A stretch of DNA of 64,000 bases, taken from contig DAOVZK010000003.1 in assembly GCA_030635145.1 (NCBI GenBank), positions 38,732 through 102,731 of the forward strand. The letters are read 5' to 3'. The position numbers and the translations under genes are program-made. How positions within the stretch are numbered: the stretch's first letter is position 1; every line of letters begins with the position of its first letter. The notes below the pieces were generated by a model that was not told the origin of the DNA, made no database searches, and was given only the letters and a program-made list of their open reading frames with translations. Positions 17,277 through 28,616 of this stretch are shown here, piece by piece. Source of the stretch: Planctomycetota bacterium. Its GTDB lineage: Bacteria > Planctomycetota > Phycisphaerae > SM23-33.

Positions 17277-18962
17277 CTACGCATCGGGGAAAATCATCGA
17301 TTCGGCAAAGGCCATTTGAAATTGCATGTCACTGGAAAGCTCGATGTGCTGTGCGGTTTTGGCGATGCTTTCTGCCTTGCGCCTGGCAGCTGTCGACACG
17401 AGCACCCACTTGGCACCGTGCAGCGAAACGTTACCCACGTAGGTTATCCGCTGGGCGGGGATATCGCTTGGTATCAGCCCAATTCGCTGCGCATTTTGGC
17501 GGCGAATGAAACTTCCGAATCCGCCCGCGATCAAAACGCGGTTTATGTCGTCGGATGTCAGGCCTTGCTGCTTCAGCAGAATTTCGACACCGGCCTTAAG
17601 CGCACCGGTTGCCAGCTGCAATTCGCGAACGTCGCGCTGCGTGATCGTTACGTTCGGTGAATCGTCGCCGCTGCAGAGCACGAATTCTGTTTGGTTTTTG
17701 CTGTCTTTTCGCAGCCGTTGGCAAATGGCTGGCGGTGCGTCGCACAACTCGTCGCTGTTTGCGATTTTGCCCATCGAATCGATAATTTTCATTCGCAGCA
17801 TCTCGGCTGTGATGTCAACCAGCGCGCTGCCGCAAATTCCGATCGGCGACACCCCACCAATAACGCTGCACTTTATAGTTCCGTCGGGATCGATAACGAC
17901 TTTTTCGACTGCCCCGTTGGCCGCCCGCATTCCACACGAAATTCGCGCACCCTCAAACGCCGGACCAGCCGCCGCCGAGGCAGCAAGCAACTTTCCGTTT
18001 GCAGCTACGACGATTTCGCCGTTCGTGCCGATGTCGATCATTACCACCGGCCCGTCGGCGGAAAGCTCGGTGATGCTCGACGCGAGAATTCCCGAAACCG
18101 TATCACCACCGACAAACCCACCGATAACCGGCAAGACGTAAGCCCGCGCGGTTTCGGCGAGGGCAAATCCAAGCTCACCAGCCGGTACGTCAAGGGCTTC
18201 GTATCGCACCGGTTCAAACGGCAGCTGCGAAAGTTTCACCACGTCCCACCCGCAAAGCAAATGCTGCATTGTGGTATTGCCCGAAAAACTTATCCCGCGA
18301 ATTTCGCTTCTCTGCGCGCCGGTTTTTTCGCAAAGTTCGTCGATGAGCTTGTTCAATGCCTCCACGACAATATCGCGCAGCTCCTGAGCGTCAGCCGGTG
18401 ACGTGCAGGCCTTGCCGATCCGTGAAACAACATCGTCACCAAAAATCACCTGCGGATTAATCGCGGCGGCGATTCCCCGTTCTGTCCCGGAGGGCAGATC
18501 CAGCAGTTCGCCGACAAGCGTCGTAGTGCCGAGGTCGAAGGCGACAGCAAAATTTCGCGCACCGTCAACAATTTCGACCGGCAGCTCGTCGTGCGGTTCG
18601 TCGTCGACGGATTCTGCGATGGCGACGCTTTGGGTGAGAATTTGCAAGCGGTCGCTGAACAATGACGTTTCTGGAATCGCAATTACGGTGTCATGCAAAA
18701 CCCCGGCCTGGCATGCGAGTCGCCACCCGGCTGCGATTTCGTCGGCGTCGAGAACCTGCGATTCGGTTTCGTTGGGCTCGGGGGGATATGATACGAATCG
18801 TACGCGGCATTTTTCGCAAGTGCCCTGCCCACCGCACGGAGAATCAATCGCCAACCCGCAACGCCCCGCCGCCTCCAAAACCAACGTCCCCGGAAGCACC
18901 CACACCGACCGCCCCGTCGGTTCAAATGTAATACTGACCTGCTTGTTCTGCTCAACCATCAT
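17277..18962 (-). CDS. ASKHA-domain [2Fe-2S] protein, RACo/DUF4445 family (reductive activator of corrinoid proteins)
   Basis: N-terminal CGGQGTCEKC...RLACQ 2Fe-2S motif; AFDLGTTT, FGDDVVSRI, GGFVGGD, IDIGTNGE, AGPAFEG, GICGS, LIAGGFG. Confidence 0.92.
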   Translation of the reverse strand: MMVEQNKQVSITFEPTGRSVWVLPGTLVLEAAGRCGLAIDSPCGGQGTCEKCRVRFVSYPPEPNETESQVLDADEIAAGWRLACQAGVLHDTVIAIPETSLFSDRLQILTQSVAIAESVDDEPHDELPVEIVDGARNFAVAFDLGTTTLVGELLDLPSGTERGIAAAINPQVIFGDDVVSRIGKACTSPADAQELRDIVVEALNKLIDELCEKTGAQRSEIRGISFSGNTTMQHLLCGWDVVKLSQLPFEPVRYEALDVPAGELGFALAETARAYVLPVIGGFVGGDTVSGILASSITELSADGPVVMIDIGTNGEIVVAANGKLLAASAAAGPAFEGARISCGMRAANGAVEKVVIDPDGTIKCSVIGGVSPIGICGSALVDITAEMLRMKIIDSMGKIANSDELCDAPPAICQRLRKDSKNQTEFVLCSGDDSPNVTITQRDVRELQLATGALKAGVEILLKQQGLTSDDINRVLIAGGFGSFIRRQNAQRIGLIPSDIPAQRITYVGNVSLHGAKWVLVSTAARRKAESIAKTAQHIELSSDMQFQMAFAESMIFPDA

Positions 18963-18967
18963 TTTTT

Positions 18968-18999
18968 TCTCTGCGTTCTTTGTGTTCTTTTGCGGTGAA
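18968..18999. repeat. Half element CTCTGCGTTCTTTGTGTTC...GCGGTGAA (non-autonomous repeat remnant)
   Basis: Periodic CTCTGCG/CTTTGTG/TTTTGCGGTG motif in the truD-RACo spacer; single copy in the window. Confidence 0.35.
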
Positions 19000-19011
19000 T
19001 AAAAAAATTCT

Positions 19012-20241
19012 TTATCGGTTCTTCGTAATTTCTTCTACGGCGACGGTGGCGTAGCAACCCGAGGATGCGGCGAACGTCAATTCGAGAAACTCACCATACG
19101 CATCGCAACCGGGGGTTATGGTAGGTTGTTCCAGCTTGTACCGCAAGGGACGCCGCGTGCCTTTTACCTTAAGCGATCCGATTTTGCCGAAGCTATCCAG
19201 CGATACTCCGTGCGATTCGATGGCGCGATTTTCGATTTCGCCCGGTTGTCCACCAGCCAACTGGCTTCGCGATCCGGGTAAGATTCCCGTCGCGCTTATC
19301 TCGAAATTTTCCGCCCGCAGCTGTTCGGCCTGCAGGTCTTCGATCGCAAACACTCCCCCGCCGTCGATTTTTTGCGCGAAGTCTCCGAGCATTACGCTAT
19401 CAAGCGATTCGATTCGCTCGGCGAGGATGTCGTTGAAGATCGCGCTTTGAAATGCGGAGATATAGAATCGTTTCATTCGTTTGTCAATCGCGCCAATCGC
19501 CGGGCCGGGCCGATGCTTTTTCTTGTAGGCCGACAACGCCTTTCGCTGATCGGCGTAATGGCGAGGCCAACGCTTGAGGGCACGGTCGAGCGTGTCTACG
19601 TCGAACGCATCGCGGGCTGCTTTGCAGTCGGGTGGGTCGCATTCCATCGGCCGTCCGAGAAAAATTTCCACGAACTCCTGCAACTCGTCGCACAAAAGCG
19701 CCTTTCCGAGGGCAGCTGTGTCACCGCGTGCGCCAAATCGCTGCGAACCAAAATAATTCGGCACGCCGCGCCGGGTAAGTACGTCTAATGTAGCTTGCCC
19801 CGCCGCTGCCTGCGACTGGCCAACCCCGCGAATTTTGATATTGAAAACATTACCCGCCAAATGTCCCGTCCGCAGCTTGTTCGTGTGCAAACCAGTCCAG
19901 ACGACCTGCATTTGCGGGTCGGTATACCCCGCGAGCTTTTCGGCGTCGGCGTGTTCGAGCGACATCATTTGCGAAGTTACCCCCACCGCATCTTTTAACC
20001 CCGCAACGCCAATGTCGCTCCCGCGAACGCCCATATATTTACCCAGCCGCGCCACCGCCACCGGCGTGGGAATCCCGCGTTTCTCGATGCGAAAATAAAC
20101 ATGCGACCCCTCACCGCAGGCGTCGTACAGCGGAATTTCCGTCACGCGAAAATCCTCCACTCGCTGTTTAATTTCACCGCCGATTCCAGGGAGCCCGCTA
20201 GTTAGGTATGGTAGGTCACGCATAAAGTTCACTTCGTCCAC
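19012..20241 (-). CDS. truD: tRNA pseudouridine(13) synthase TruD
   Basis: EDFRVTE, AGLKDAVGVTSQ (catalytic Asp), LAGNVFNI, GVPNYFGSQRFG, GCYATV. Confidence 0.95.
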   Translation of the reverse strand: MDEVNFMRDLPYLTSGLPGIGGEIKQRVEDFRVTEIPLYDACGEGSHVYFRIEKRGIPTPVAVARLGKYMGVRGSDIGVAGLKDAVGVTSQMMSLEHADAEKLAGYTDPQMQVVWTGLHTNKLRTGHLAGNVFNIKIRGVGQSQAAAGQATLDVLTRRGVPNYFGSQRFGARGDTAALGKALLCDELQEFVEIFLGRPMECDPPDCKAARDAFDVDTLDRALKRWPRHYADQRKALSAYKKKHRPGPAIGAIDKRMKRFYISAFQSAIFNDILAERIESLDSVMLGDFAQKIDGGGVFAIEDLQAEQLRAENFEISATGILPGSRSQLAGGQPGEIENRAIESHGVSLDSFGKIGSLKVKGTRRPLRYKLEQPTITPGCDAYGEFLELTFAASSGCYATVAVEEITKNR

Positions 20242-20786
20242 ATAACATCTGCAAATCCGCCTTGCTTGTTGGCCAGCCTTGCAAAAACAAACAGTAAATC
20301 GCCCAGTCGGTTGAGATACTGCAAAATTATCGGCGGCACATCGACTCCACTATCGATGAGCGTTACGACGGTTCGCTCGGTGCGGCGGGCGACGGTGCGG
20401 GCAACATGAAAGCGGGCTGCCAGTTCCGTCCCGCCGGGTAAAATGAAAGTCTGCAGCTCGCCGACGGTTTGCATTCCGTCGTCGATTTGTTTTTCCAAAC
20501 GTTCGATTGACGCGACGTTAATCAGATCCCCGAAGGCACCGAACAGCGGAGTTCCCACAGCCGCCAGCTGCGACCCGACATTGAACAGTTCGTTCTGAAT
20601 TTTCACGAGCACCTCGGCGAGGCTGGGGAGATTGTCCTTACCCGCTCCGCTGGCGCACAAACCCAGGTGCGAGCTTAGCTCGTCGATCGTGCCGATGGCC
20701 TCGATTTGCGGGGAAGCCTTGCTGACGGTCTCGCCGTCCATTCTGCAGGTTTTTCCCGCGTCGCCGTTTTTCGTGTACAGTGTCAT
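20229..20786 (-). CDS. ATP:cob(I)alamin adenosyltransferase, PduO type
   Basis: LYTKNGDAGKT, GTIDELSS, IQNELF, FILPGG, HVARTVARRTER, YLNRLGDLLFVFAR. Confidence 0.95.
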   Translation of the reverse strand: MTLYTKNGDAGKTCRMDGETVSKASPQIEAIGTIDELSSHLGLCASGAGKDNLPSLAEVLVKIQNELFNVGSQLAAVGTPLFGAFGDLINVASIERLEKQIDDGMQTVGELQTFILPGGTELAARFHVARTVARRTERTVVTLIDSGVDVPPIILQYLNRLGDLLFVFARLANKQGGFADVMWTK

Positions 20787-20814
20787 TCGCGATTCTCCGT
20801 GATTTTTCGCGCCA

Positions 20815-20893
20815 TTTTAATTACCGTCCTTCGGACGAACCTTATCGGCCCTACTTCAAACACGGGGCCAACAAATACAAATTCCTATGCAAT
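20815..20893 (-). promoter_or_regulatory. Conserved ~78-nt upstream element, copy 2 (before pduO-truD)
   Basis: Reverse complement ATTGCATAGGAATTTGTATTTGTTGGCCCC...GTTCGTCCGAAGGACGGTAATTAAAA; first 25 nt identical to 1621-1645; ends 28 nt before the pduO ATG. Confidence 0.85.
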
Positions 20894-20969
20894 GGACTTT
20901 TCGTATGCGTTGGTTATAATCGATTTCGATTTCAAAACAAAATTCAATCGCTGAAAGGCAGACGCAAAA

Positions 20970-21758
20970 ATGAAAATAGATCAGATTCCGAACATATTGG
21001 GGTGCGATTGCGGGAACAGTTCGATAAAAATCGGCTGGGTCGCGGGAGATATCGTGTGCGATACGCAGCGGATTGCGATCACCGACCGGGACAAACTCGC
21101 CACCGCCCTGCGTGAGGTCTGGGAAAAAATGCCCGACCCCAAACAGCTCGTCGCCGCCAGCGTAAACCCCTCCGCCCTGAAAGTTCTGGAAGAAGTCGCC
21201 ACCGAGACTATCAGTGCCAAAGCAATTATCGTTGGTATTGACACCCCAATACCAATGGAGGTCACAGCGGAAGTCGAAAATCCCAAATCGATCGGCATGG
21301 ATCGTTTATGCACCGCGGCGGCGGCCTATGACAAACTTGGCGTCGGATGTATCGTTGCCGATTTCGGCACTGCTGTTACGGTGGACTGCGTCAGCGAAAA
21401 GGGCGTGTTTATCGGCGGCGCGATTTTACCGGGGCTGCAAATGAGCGCCGATGCACTCAGCGAAAAAACCGCACTGCTGCCGCGCGTAAAACTTCGCGAC
21501 CCTGACTGGATCTTCCCCCGCAATACCGACGAGGCGATTATCGGTGGAATTATTTACGGGGTGCGCGGAGCCGTGCGTCAGCTAAGCGAACTATACGCCA
21601 CCGAGCTTGGCAGCTGGCCGCTGGTAATCGTCACCGGGGGCGATGCGGAATTGGCCTTTCCGCACCCCACCGAGGATGGACTGGTGCAGGCCCGCGTAGA
21701 CGATTTGTCGTTGCGTGGAATCGCGATAGGCTTCTTTCAAATGTTGCTGAAAAAATGA
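20970..21758 (+). CDS. coaX: Type III pantothenate kinase
   Basis: CDCGNSSIKIG, IGMDR, VADFGTAVTVD, GGAILPG, TGGDA. Confidence 0.93.
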   Translation: MKIDQIPNILGCDCGNSSIKIGWVAGDIVCDTQRIAITDRDKLATALREVWEKMPDPKQLVAASVNPSALKVLEEVATETISAKAIIVGIDTPIPMEVTAEVENPKSIGMDRLCTAAAAYDKLGVGCIVADFGTAVTVDCVSEKGVFIGGAILPGLQMSADALSEKTALLPRVKLRDPDWIFPRNTDEAIIGGIIYGVRGAVRQLSELYATELGSWPLVIVTGGDAELAFPHPTEDGLVQARVDDLSLRGIAIGFFQMLLKK

Positions 21759-22894
21759 CATCGCGCGAAAAAACAACAGCGTCGCTGCAAACCCCGCCAG
21801 GCCGCGGTGGCATTGCGCTGATTTCGCTTGTCGGGCCTGCGACCGTCGATGTGCTGCAGCGCGTGTTTCAACCGCGTAAAACCGGCGCGAACCTACCAAC
21901 CGCCGGCGAACTGCAACTCGGGTTCCTGATCGATGGAACCGAACGCCTCGACGAAGTGATTGTATCGCTTAACACCAGCTCGGCCGAGATCAATATCCAC
22001 GGTGGATCGGGAATCGCACATCGCGCGATGAAATTGCTGGTGGGCTGCGGGGTTGAGGTCACCGCGCCGCACTGTGCGGGCTTTCCGAAGTCGCACCCGA
22101 GATGGGACAACCCCGCGGTCGGTGCGGAAATGCTCGACGCTCTGGCAGCTGGGCGGTCGCTAAAGGTTACCCGCTCGATTTCGCATCAGTGGGCCGGTGG
22201 TATCAGCAAGCTCGCCCGCGAAATTCTCGATAATCCGTCCCCCGACAGCAGCAAATTACTACGCGCCGCTGCCGACGGTTTTGCGACGATGCAAAAACTG
22301 CTCGATCCGATGGAGGTCGTGCTCGCCGGGCCGCCCAACGCGGGAAAAAGTACGCTGGGCAACGCCATCGTCGCCCGCCCCGTCAGCATTGTGCACGACC
22401 ACGCCGGAACGACGCGCGACTGGATTCGCGAACTGGCGTTGATCGACGGAATTCCGATATGGTGTACGGACACAGCTGGGCTTTGGACGACGGATCACAC
22501 CGTCGACGCCGAGGCAGTGCGACGGGCATGGGATAAAATCGCCCAGGCCGACCTCGTGGTGCTGGTTTCACCCGGCGGTGATATCCCCATCGAACTGCCG
22601 CAACGAATATGCGCGAAAAAAATTCTGCATGTCGAAACAAAAAGCGACATTCACGGCGGGGAGAAATCGGCAAATCCGGAGGCCGTGAAAGTGTCGGGGA
22701 TGACCGGAGATGGGATGGACGCGCTGGGAAAAGCGATTCTCAAATCTCTGGAGCTGGAAAATTTTGAACCTGCCATTCCGCGAGCGTTTACGAAGCGTCA
22801 AGCAGAGCTGCTGAACCGCGCCGCCAAGGCCATCGACACTGGCGACTCCGCAAAAACTACAGCTACCTTAAAGAAACTCCTCGGAGAAACCTGA
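21755..22894 (+). CDS. MnmE/TrmE-like GTPase, shortened and divergent
   Basis: TPPGRGGIALI, EINIHGG, G1 GPPNAGKS, GTTRD, DTAG, TKSD; 379 aa and no C-terminal FCIGK. Confidence 0.75.
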   Translation: MTSREKTTASLQTPPGRGGIALISLVGPATVDVLQRVFQPRKTGANLPTAGELQLGFLIDGTERLDEVIVSLNTSSAEINIHGGSGIAHRAMKLLVGCGVEVTAPHCAGFPKSHPRWDNPAVGAEMLDALAAGRSLKVTRSISHQWAGGISKLAREILDNPSPDSSKLLRAAADGFATMQKLLDPMEVVLAGPPNAGKSTLGNAIVARPVSIVHDHAGTTRDWIRELALIDGIPIWCTDTAGLWTTDHTVDAEAVRRAWDKIAQADLVVLVSPGGDIPIELPQRICAKKILHVETKSDIHGGEKSANPEAVKVSGMTGDGMDALGKAILKSLELENFEPAIPRAFTKRQAELLNRAAKAIDTGDSAKTTATLKKLLGET

Positions 22895-22896
22895 GT

Positions 22897-24126
22897 TCAT
22901 ATGGTAGCGGAAATTCGTTTGGGATTTTGTGTCTTGGCGATTGGTTTTGCCTGGGGCCCAAGCACTTTCAGCAAGGCGGTGAGAATTCCGTGAAGCGAAA
23001 ACGGCTTCTTGATGAAGCCCGCCAAGTCTTCGTTGGCGAAAAGTTTCATCGCCTCATGCTCCTCGCACCCGCTGCACAAAACCACGGGGAGGTTCGGGTA
23101 TAGCTGCCGCGTTCGCTGCAAAATTTCCCGCGCCGTCATGCCATTCAGCGTCATGTCCAGCAAAATAATATCGACTGGCGTGCCACCAGTTAAAATCTCT
23201 ATGCACTGTTGCCCGTTTTCCGCGGGAATGGCGTCAAAACCCTGATGCTGCAGCATTGCCTGCGTAACCGACAGCACGTTTGGTTCGTCGTCGACGACGA
23301 GAACGGTTCCCGAGCCAGATACGGCTTGGATTTTCGCGGGCGTTTCTACCACGCATTCGCACGACTTCTGCGAGCAGGGAAACCAAACCGTAAATGTCGT
23401 CCCGGATCCGGGTTTGGTGTCAAGCTCGATGACGCCGTTATGCGCACCGACTATTCGTGCGATGGCGGCCATGCCTAATCCGTGGCCGGTGGGCTTGGTC
23501 GTGAAATGCGGTTCGTAGATTTTCTCCAGAGTTGCAGAATCAATTCCGCAGCCGGTGTCGGTAACCTTAACGTAGCAGTATTCACCACCTGCAGGCTTGG
23601 CGTGCGATGGTACCAGCGACGATTTCGGGACAGCTGCCCCGGAGCAAATGGTAATCGATCCTGATTTTTGCCCGACGGCCTCGGAGGCGTTGGCTACGAG
23701 GTTCATCACCACCTGTTGGATCTGCAGTGGATTGGCTTTGATTGGCGGGATCGGTTCGGTAAGTGCGTAGTTGAGGCGAACATGTTTTGGAATCGACACC
23801 GCCATGAGTCGTCCGGCGTCGCTGATGATTTTGTTCAGGGCAGTTGACTTTACTTCCACGGTGGTGTTGTCGGAATACATCATCATTTGGTTGCTGAGTT
23901 CGGCGGCACTGTTGGCGGCGCTACAGATTTCTTCGATATGCTCCCTGATGGGGTCGCCCGGTGGTAGGTGCGAAAGGGCCAATTCGGTATGCCCCAAAAT
24001 ACTCACCAGCAGCGTGTTGAAATCGTGCGCGATGCTCTCGGCCAGGGCCCCGAGGCTTTCCAACATTTGAGATCTGTGCATCCGACCAGTTTTAGATGCG
24101 TGCTCCGCGGAATTTTTTTGAATCAT
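22897..24126 (-). CDS. Cytoplasmic hybrid histidine kinase (HisKA-HATPase-REC), no sensor domain
   Basis: IAHDFNTLL, QVVMNLVANA, DTGCGI, HFTTK, GHGLG; receiver VLVVDDEP...LLDMT...KPF. Confidence 0.9.
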   Translation of the reverse strand: MIQKNSAEHASKTGRMHRSQMLESLGALAESIAHDFNTLLVSILGHTELALSHLPPGDPIREHIEEICSAANSAAELSNQMMMYSDNTTVEVKSTALNKIISDAGRLMAVSIPKHVRLNYALTEPIPPIKANPLQIQQVVMNLVANASEAVGQKSGSITICSGAAVPKSSLVPSHAKPAGGEYCYVKVTDTGCGIDSATLEKIYEPHFTTKPTGHGLGMAAIARIVGAHNGVIELDTKPGSGTTFTVWFPCSQKSCECVVETPAKIQAVSGSGTVLVVDDEPNVLSVTQAMLQHQGFDAIPAENGQQCIEILTGGTPVDIILLDMTLNGMTAREILQRTRQLYPNLPVVLCSGCEEHEAMKLFANEDLAGFIKKPFSLHGILTALLKVLGPQAKPIAKTQNPKRISATI

Positions 24127-24414
24127 ATTGTTGCCCCTGTCTGTTTATCTGGATTCCCAGTGATACAATCATCAAGATGGTGCATGTTCCCACAACGACC
24201 CGCCGCTCCAACGGGTCGCTGTGGGTTGATTCCCAAAAAACATCGGTTGATTACACCAAGCATCGCTCGCTGCAATAACCGACAAATTCGTAGGTGTGGA
24301 AAATTTCGCGAAACCATACGCTCAATTGCTCTCTAACTTTTCACGATTTGAAACGTCTCTAACAAATTCCAAATCTTACCCAGATGTTTGCCCTACCATG
24401 GGAGTTGAATTGAG

Positions 24415-24434
24415 CTTACCTCCGTGATGTGCCC
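24415..24434 (-). promoter_or_regulatory. GGGCAC-NN-CACGGAGGTAAG motif, copy A
   Basis: 18/20 match to 40942-40961; about 290 nt upstream of the hybrid kinase on the same strand. Confidence 0.3.
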
Positions 24435-24766
24435 CTGCGTGGGGTGCTCAAAACGTAATCAAAACAAAAACTCGGCCGCGCCGGCCAAAGTTATCATACG
24501 CTGCGAGGACAACATTTTTCTATAGGGGAATATGGAGGTACGACTAAGGGGAAAGGCAGGATGGTTTTTAGACGCAAATCGGGCGAAAACTTTGCGAAAT
24601 CGGCATGAAACAACCCATGTTTCAGACAAAACAAGGGAACCCCCTAGCCCGAGTCAGGAAATGCCTTGTGGGGGAGACAACTGAATATAGAAAAAAATTA
24701 CCCGCTTTTTTTATGGCAAAATAAGCGCAACCGAAAATTCCGATTTTTGCGAATTTTGTCCTGTCA

Positions 24767-27412
<2,646 letters not shown>

Positions 27413-27602
27413 TTACATTTCCACGCCCGTAAAACGGGGGTAAAAGCGACCTGAGCATTATCTCAAAACGTACCGCAAAACTCAAACCCAAAGCGCGAAT
27501 TTTGGCCCTCTTTTTTTCATCCATTTCCCGTCATCAAACCCGTTTTGTGAGGCCGCTAAATTTTCCTTTACTATTGGTCAGTAATTACACACAATTCCTC
27601 CT

Positions 27603-28460
27603 ATGAAAGACTCTTTAGAACATCTACCGAAACCAAAACAGGCGGAACTTGAGCGTGTCGTTAAAAAAATATGCTCATACATCAACCCGGAGATGATAAT
27701 TCTCTACGGGTCATATGCACGCGGGGATTACAAGGAAGCAAAAGACATTGCTCCGGATTCCAAATCCGGCCACGCCTCCGATTACGATATTCTCGTTGTG
27801 ACGATGGGCGAATCGGTGGCCGAGGACGCGGGGTTATGGCATACGATCAATTCGGAATGCTGGAAGATGAAGCTATCCGCACATCCGAAAATTATCAGGG
27901 AAGATATCGAAAAACTTAACCGCCACTTCGAGCTGGGTTACTATTTTTACGTCGATATAAAAAGAGATGGCATAATCCTCTACGACACCGAAAAAATAAC
28001 CCTCAAAGACCGGCGCGAACTGACCCCGCAGGAAGACAAAAAACTTGTTCAGGAATACTATGACCATTGGTTTGAAGGGTCTCAAAGATTCTACAGGCAT
28101 TTTGAAATAGGTATGGAAGAAGAAGATTTTAAGGGTGCTGCCTTCCACCTGTTTATGACTGCCGAAGCCTGTTACAAATCTATCCTTCTTGTTTTTACAA
28201 AATACTGCCCGAAAGAGCATCATTTGGGATTGATCGGTGAGCTGATATTCCAATTTAACGTTGAGTTGAAAGACATTTTTCCCAATGACTCCCAAGAGCA
28301 TCAGCAGTTATTTGAATTACTTGATTACGCCTATATCGGGACAAGATACGACCCGAAATATACGGCTACCAAAGAGCAGTTGGAGTATTTGGGAAATCGA
28401 GTCCAGCGGCTGCGAGGTATCACTGAAAAGATGTGTACAGAAAAAATCGAAAACTTATAG
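27603..28460 (+). CDS. Fused minimal nucleotidyltransferase (MNT) + HEPN protein
   Basis: ILYGSYARG and SDYDILVV (Pol-beta-like NTase), then a helical HEPN-like half (AAFHLF...EACYK...EHHL...LDYAYIGTRY); AT-rich. Confidence 0.85.
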   Translation: MKDSLEHLPKPKQAELERVVKKICSYINPEMIILYGSYARGDYKEAKDIAPDSKSGHASDYDILVVTMGESVAEDAGLWHTINSECWKMKLSAHPKIIREDIEKLNRHFELGYYFYVDIKRDGIILYDTEKITLKDRRELTPQEDKKLVQEYYDHWFEGSQRFYRHFEIGMEEEDFKGAAFHLFMTAEACYKSILLVFTKYCPKEHHLGLIGELIFQFNVELKDIFPNDSQEHQQLFELLDYAYIGTRYDPKYTATKEQLEYLGNRVQRLRGITEKMCTEKIENL

Positions 28461-28540
28461 GAAATAGGGGGTGGAATGCTTTTCTGTCATTCTTTCTCCA
28501 TCTTTCGTTCATATCTACGAACTGATAGCAATGCTCTTAC

Positions 28541-28596
28541 TTTGGGTCTTGGGGTTTGGTGCTTCAATGGGTATTGAGGCTTGGACATTGGGCATT
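28541..28596. repeat. TTGG-periodic half element, copy 1
   Basis: TTCAATGGGTATTGAGGCTTGGACATTGGGCATT is similar to TTCAATGGTCATTGTGGCTTGGGCATTGGTCATT at 35198-35252; both lie between convergent genes. Confidence 0.6.
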
Positions 28597-28616
28597 CCGC
28601 CAACGGCGGTCGCCGG

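Noticed and set aside
24123-24317. 64-aa ORF as a frameshifted sensor domain of the hybrid kinase
   Set aside because: No PAS, GAF or TM features and no evidence of coding bias.
24370-24400. GGGCAAAC on the minus strand (and GGGCAAAG near 46763) as a c-di-GMP-I riboswitch
   Set aside because: The required GAAA tetraloop and GGGACGCAAAG junction are absent.
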